From: Nitrospirota bacterium
GTDB taxonomy: Bacteria; Nitrospirota; UBA9217
Direction of reading: 5' to 3'
Length of the DNA stretch: 64,000 nucleotides
Assembly: GCA_035623825.1 (NCBI GenBank)
Contig: DASPSR010000020.1
Location: 32,001-96,000, forward strand
Part shown: in pieces, positions 60,774-64,000 of the stretch
Layout: each line of letters starts with the position of its first letter
Position numbering within the stretch: the first letter of the stretch is position 1
Translations under genes and position numbers: made by a program
The notes under the pieces: generated by a model
Told to the model about the DNA's origin: nothing
What the model saw: the letters and a program-made list of their open reading frames with translations, nothing else
Database searches by the model: none

Positions 60774-61193
60774 ATGCTGGTGACCAGAGAAACGGATTAC
60801 GCAGTGCGCACGGTTCTTTACCTGGCGCGCGACGGCAGCCGCTTGGCCAGCGTTACAGAAATCGCTCATGCCATGCACATCCCCAAGAGCTTTCTCGCCA
60901 AACTGCTCCAACGGCTCGTACGAAGCCACATCCTGACGTCCATGCGCGGCGTTAACGGCGGCTTTCAACTGGCCCAAAAGCCGTCCGAAATCACACTCCT
61001 GTCCATCATGGAGGCCGTTCAGGGGCCCGCCGGGATCAATGTTTGTGCCATCGATAGCAAGCTGTGCAAACTAAGTTCGACCTGCTCTGTCCATCCTGTC
61101 TGGGTTGAAATCCGAAAGGAGGTGGAAAGACGCCTCAAGAGGGCAACGATTGCTAACCTATTGGCAGATAGAAATTATTTAAAGAAAAAATAG
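60774..61193 (+). CDS. Rrf2 family transcriptional regulator with three Cys (Fe-S sensor)
   Basis: TDYAVR, FLAKLLQRL, SMRGVNGGFQL, EAVQG, C-x6-C-x5-C. Confidence 0.92.
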   Translation: MLVTRETDYAVRTVLYLARDGSRLASVTEIAHAMHIPKSFLAKLLQRLVRSHILTSMRGVNGGFQLAQKPSEITLLSIMEAVQGPAGINVCAIDSKLCKLSSTCSVHPVWVEIRKEVERRLKRATIANLLADRNYLKKK

Positions 61194-61226
61194 GACTATG
61201 AATGTCATGAACAAGGAGGCAATAGT

Positions 61227-62627
61227 ATGAGCGATTATCAATACGATAATCAGACGGTAAAAGGTTTTATCGTCTCCTCGATCTTCTGGGGAGTTGTCGG
61301 GATCGTGATCGGGCTCTGGATCTCGGTACAGATGTGGATGCCGTCGCTGAACTTCCCGCCCTATTTTACCTTCGGACGGCTCAGAGTGGTGCATACGAAC
61401 GGGCTCGCCTTCGGGCTCGGGATCGGCGCGATATTCGGGATTTCCTACTATATCATAATGCGGCTCACGAAGCGACCTCTCCTCTTCCCGAAACTCGCAC
61501 GGTTCCACCTCTGGTTCTTCAACGTCGCCATCCTGCTCGCGGCGCTCAGCCTCCTTGCAGGCATGAACCAGTCGAATGAATACGCAGAGCTGGAATGGCC
61601 GCTTGACATCGCCGTCGTCATCCTCTGGGTCATCTTTGCCGTCAACGTCTTCGGCACGATCATCAAGCGAAAAGAAGAGCAAATGTACATTTCTCTGTGG
61701 TATATCCTCGCGACGACTGTCGCCGTCGCCGTTCTGTATATCGTGAACAATCTCTCGATCCCCGCGGGCTGGAATAAATCCTACCATCTCTTTGCGGGCG
61801 TCAACAGCGCCAATGTAGAGTGGTGGTACGGACACAATGCGGTAGGATTCATTTTTACGACGCCGATTCTCGCAATGTTCTATTATTTCCTGCCGAAGTC
61901 CACGGGCCTGCCGATTTACAGCCACCGCCTTTCCATCATAGCTTTCTGGTCGCTCGTGTTTGCCTATCTCTGGACAGGAGCGCACCACTTGGTCTATACG
62001 CCTCTGCCCGACTGGATCCAAACCCTCGGGATCGCCTTTACCATCTTCCTGATCGCTCCGTCCTGGGGCTCGGTAGTGAACGGTTACTATACGGTCGGTA
62101 ATGACTGGTCGAAGATGCAGACGAACTACCTTACCAAGTTCTTCATCCTCGGTATCACCTTCTATGGCCTGCAAACGGTCCAGGGTCCGACACAGGGACT
62201 GCGTGTCGTCAGCCAGTTGATCCACTTCACCGACTGGGTCCCCGGCCATGTGCACATGGGCACCATGGGATGGGTGACCATGACCGCTGCCGCATCGATG
62301 TACTACATCATCCCGAAGATCTACAACACGTCGATCTACAGCGAGAAGATCGCGAACATCCATTTCTGGCTCGTGCTGATCGGGCAGCTCATATTCTCGA
62401 TCACCATGTGGATCACGGGGATCATGCAGGGTGCCCTCTGGAAAGCGACGAACCCCGATGGAAGCCTTAAGTATACGTTCGTAGAGGTAGTAGCGAAGAA
62501 CTATCCATTCTGGAAAATGAGAACGCTCGGGGGCGTGATCTTCACGGTCGGCATGCTCTTTTTTATCTACAATATCTATATGACCATGCGCAAAGGCAAG
62601 CTTGAGCTTGCCGAAGCGAAGGCATAG
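61227..62627 (+). CDS. ccoN: cbb3-type cytochrome c oxidase subunit I
   Basis: FGRLRVVHTN, EYAELEW, WWYGHNAVGF, YLWTGAHHL, GHVHMG. Confidence 0.96.
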   Translation: MSDYQYDNQTVKGFIVSSIFWGVVGIVIGLWISVQMWMPSLNFPPYFTFGRLRVVHTNGLAFGLGIGAIFGISYYIIMRLTKRPLLFPKLARFHLWFFNVAILLAALSLLAGMNQSNEYAELEWPLDIAVVILWVIFAVNVFGTIIKRKEEQMYISLWYILATTVAVAVLYIVNNLSIPAGWNKSYHLFAGVNSANVEWWYGHNAVGFIFTTPILAMFYYFLPKSTGLPIYSHRLSIIAFWSLVFAYLWTGAHHLVYTPLPDWIQTLGIAFTIFLIAPSWGSVVNGYYTVGNDWSKMQTNYLTKFFILGITFYGLQTVQGPTQGLRVVSQLIHFTDWVPGHVHMGTMGWVTMTAAASMYYIIPKIYNTSIYSEKIANIHFWLVLIGQLIFSITMWITGIMQGALWKATNPDGSLKYTFVEVVAKNYPFWKMRTLGGVIFTVGMLFFIYNIYMTMRKGKLELAEAKA

Positions 62628-62638
62628 GGGGTGATAAC

Positions 62639-63223
62639 ATGGCAGATGCTCTCTATAAGAAACCGATATTGTTCGCTATCGTCGCGGCAGTCGTCATCCT
62701 GATCGGGACCGCTGTGACCATGTTCATTCCGATGCTGACGCCGGAAATGCATCCGAAACTGGCGAACCTCAAGCCCTACACAGCGCTCCAGCTCGCCGGC
62801 AAGGACATCTACCAGCGGGAAGGCTGCAATAACTGCCACACCCAGACGGTGCGACCTCTGAAGACCGAGGTCATGCGGTATGGCGAATACTCGAAAGCGG
62901 GGGAATTCGCCTACGACCGGCCTTTCCTCTGGGGTTCAAAGCGCACCGGTCCCGACCTGGCACGCATCGGCGGGAAATATCCCGATCAGTGGCACGAGAT
63001 ACACTTCGATAATCCGCAGGCCATGTACGCGGAGTCCAACATGCCCGCCTACGGTTGGTTGAAGCAAAACAAGCTCGATCCATCGGACATCGAAGCCCAC
63101 ATGAAGGCAAATGATTTCCCGTACACGCGCGATGAACTCGCACAGCTCAAGGACAAGACTGAGCTTGATGCGCTGATCGCGTACCTCCAGGTAATCGGCA
63201 CGGCAGTCACCAAGGCGAAATGA
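62639..63223 (+). CDS. ccoO: cbb3-type cytochrome c oxidase subunit II
   Basis: YQREGCNNCHTQTVRP, WGSKRTGPDLAR, SNMPAY. Confidence 0.96.
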   Translation: MADALYKKPILFAIVAAVVILIGTAVTMFIPMLTPEMHPKLANLKPYTALQLAGKDIYQREGCNNCHTQTVRPLKTEVMRYGEYSKAGEFAYDRPFLWGSKRTGPDLARIGGKYPDQWHEIHFDNPQAMYAESNMPAYGWLKQNKLDPSDIEAHMKANDFPYTRDELAQLKDKTELDALIAYLQVIGTAVTKAK

Positions 63224-63243
63224 CAGAGAGGAGGAATATTAAA

Positions 63244-63435
63244 ATGGCGGAACAATCGGACAACGATAATATCGAGGCATTCGAATCAAAAGAGACGGGA
63301 CGTCGCATTCCCCTCGGATGGCAGCTGTTGTTCTGGGGCCTGATCCTCTGGGGCATTTACTACGTCGCCGCGCATACGCCGGCCATTAGCGGATGGTCAC
63401 AGGAGCGCGCGTACACGGAATCATTGAAGCCGTAA
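63244..63435 (+). CDS. CcoP N-terminal-like membrane peptide without heme domains (63 aa)
   Basis: GAGGAGG SD; IPLGWQLLFWGLILWGIYY...GWSQ..AY resembles the CcoP/FixP N-terminal TM segment; no CxxCH. Confidence 0.75.
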   Translation: MAEQSDNDNIEAFESKETGRRIPLGWQLLFWGLILWGIYYVAAHTPAISGWSQERAYTESLKP

Positions 63436-63524
63436 CCCCCCTGGAGCCGGAGGATTTCAGTCGCTATGGCGCGGCCCCGGCTCCGCTTTCACCCCTTGCA
63501 ACAAAAAAATCAGGGAGGTGTTTT

Positions 63525-63626
63525 ATGGATATATCTGTTGCTGCAACAATCGGTTTTACCACAACTGCGGTGATCGGCATCATTGTGCTCTACTTTTCCG
63601 TCAGAAAAAGAAAAAACAGCAGGTAG
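63525..63626 (+). CDS. 33-aa single-TM small protein
   Basis: GGAGGTG SD; MDISVAATIGFTTTAVIGIIVLYFSVRKRKNSR. Confidence 0.65.
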   Translation: MDISVAATIGFTTTAVIGIIVLYFSVRKRKNSR

Positions 63627-63779
63627 TCAGTTCCGAGCGAATTGCAAAGATTGGAAGTAAGCATCGCTGAGGCCAAAAGGCATCAAGGATAGCCTTTCAA
63701 AACCCCTATGAGCCTTGCGAGAAAGCTTCCTGGTGCTGACGCTTGACCGGACCAATTTGGAGAAAGTTGAGGCAATCTC

Positions 63780-63923
63780 ATGGAAAAGCAAGCATGGGCA
63801 TATATCGTGTTCGGGCTCGTCCTGGTAGTGCTCTTCGTGATCATTATCGTGCATTATTATTCCAGGAAGCGGCACAAAAAGGTTGAAGAAATAAAGTATA
63901 AAATGCTGGATGACGATGAGTAA
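63780..63923 (+). CDS. ccoQ: CcoQ-like small subunit (47 aa; below the ORF-track cutoff)
   Basis: MEKQAWAYIVFGLVLVVLFVIIIVHYYSRKRHKKVEEIKYKMLDDDE: TM, basic stretch, acidic LDDD tail. Confidence 0.75.
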   Translation: MEKQAWAYIVFGLVLVVLFVIIIVHYYSRKRHKKVEEIKYKMLDDDE

Positions 63924-64000
63924 GAAGTTCCACAGACTCAGGCGATTTTCCGGAGCAGTTCTTCTCTTGTTTCTTATCGGTGTCCCCTTTCTGCGGATGC
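63916..64000 (+). CDS. Start of a probable membrane protein (CcoG/NapH-like by context); truncated by window end
   Basis: MSKKFHRLRRFSGAVLLLFLIGVPFLRM overlaps the ccoQ stop and resembles the N-terminus of the 58878 protein. Confidence 0.5.
   Translation, partial: MSKKFHRLRRFSGAVLLLFLIGVPFLRM

Noticed and set aside
61179-62363. 394-aa minus-strand ORF
   Set aside because: Antisense shadow of ccoN
61227-62627. CcoN as a divergent NO-reducing heme-copper enzyme
   Set aside because: Retains the C-family His ligands and the helix VII Tyr (AYLWTGAHH) typical of O2-reducing cbb3
63443-63484. GGAGCCGG/CCGGCTCC inverted repeat as terminator or riboswitch
   Set aside because: Long loop, no proper U tract and no recognisable aptamer; at most an mRNA-stabilising stem
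1-64000. CRISPR array, tRNA/rRNA genes, JUMPstart/ops element, intact transposase or integrase
   Set aside because: None seen on reading both strands; a by-eye scan could miss short or degenerate instances

Overview
Bacterial chromosomal window with three blocks. The gene content is consistent with an anaerobic or microaerophilic Gram-negative organism such as Nitrospirota or a deltaproteobacterium-like lineage (inference only). (1) 1-45.8 kb: a large, almost entirely minus-strand LPS/O-antigen/surface-glycan region. It holds waaF, many GT2/GT4 enzymes, two flippases, two WaaL/Wzy-like proteins, Wzz, GDP-fucose and amino-sugar pathways, five SAM methyltransferases, AsnB and a B12 radical SAM enzyme. 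It also contains one inverted acyltransferase that looks like a fossil integron cassette, a decayed wbpP-like copy and an IS30 scrap. (2) 46-49 kb: housekeeping obgE, rpmA, rplU, prmA. (3) 49-64 kb: a redox island. It has a candidate porin-cytochrome conduit (beta-barrel, 7-heme cytochrome, up-to-10-heme lipoprotein) divergent from a 9-heme cytochrome and an unusual heme c/CopD-like/cytochrome b5 membrane fusion. Next come a cupin, a cNOR with diheme NorC and a NapH/CcoG-like ferredoxin, whose promoters share a TATGAY-N4-ATCATA box. The block ends with an operon of a UGA-selenocysteine peroxiredoxin (missed by the ORF track), Rrf2 and a cbb3 oxidase with a heme-less CcoP stub. No rRNA, tRNA or CRISPR array was seen. 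All calls are from motif recognition by eye; no searches were run.
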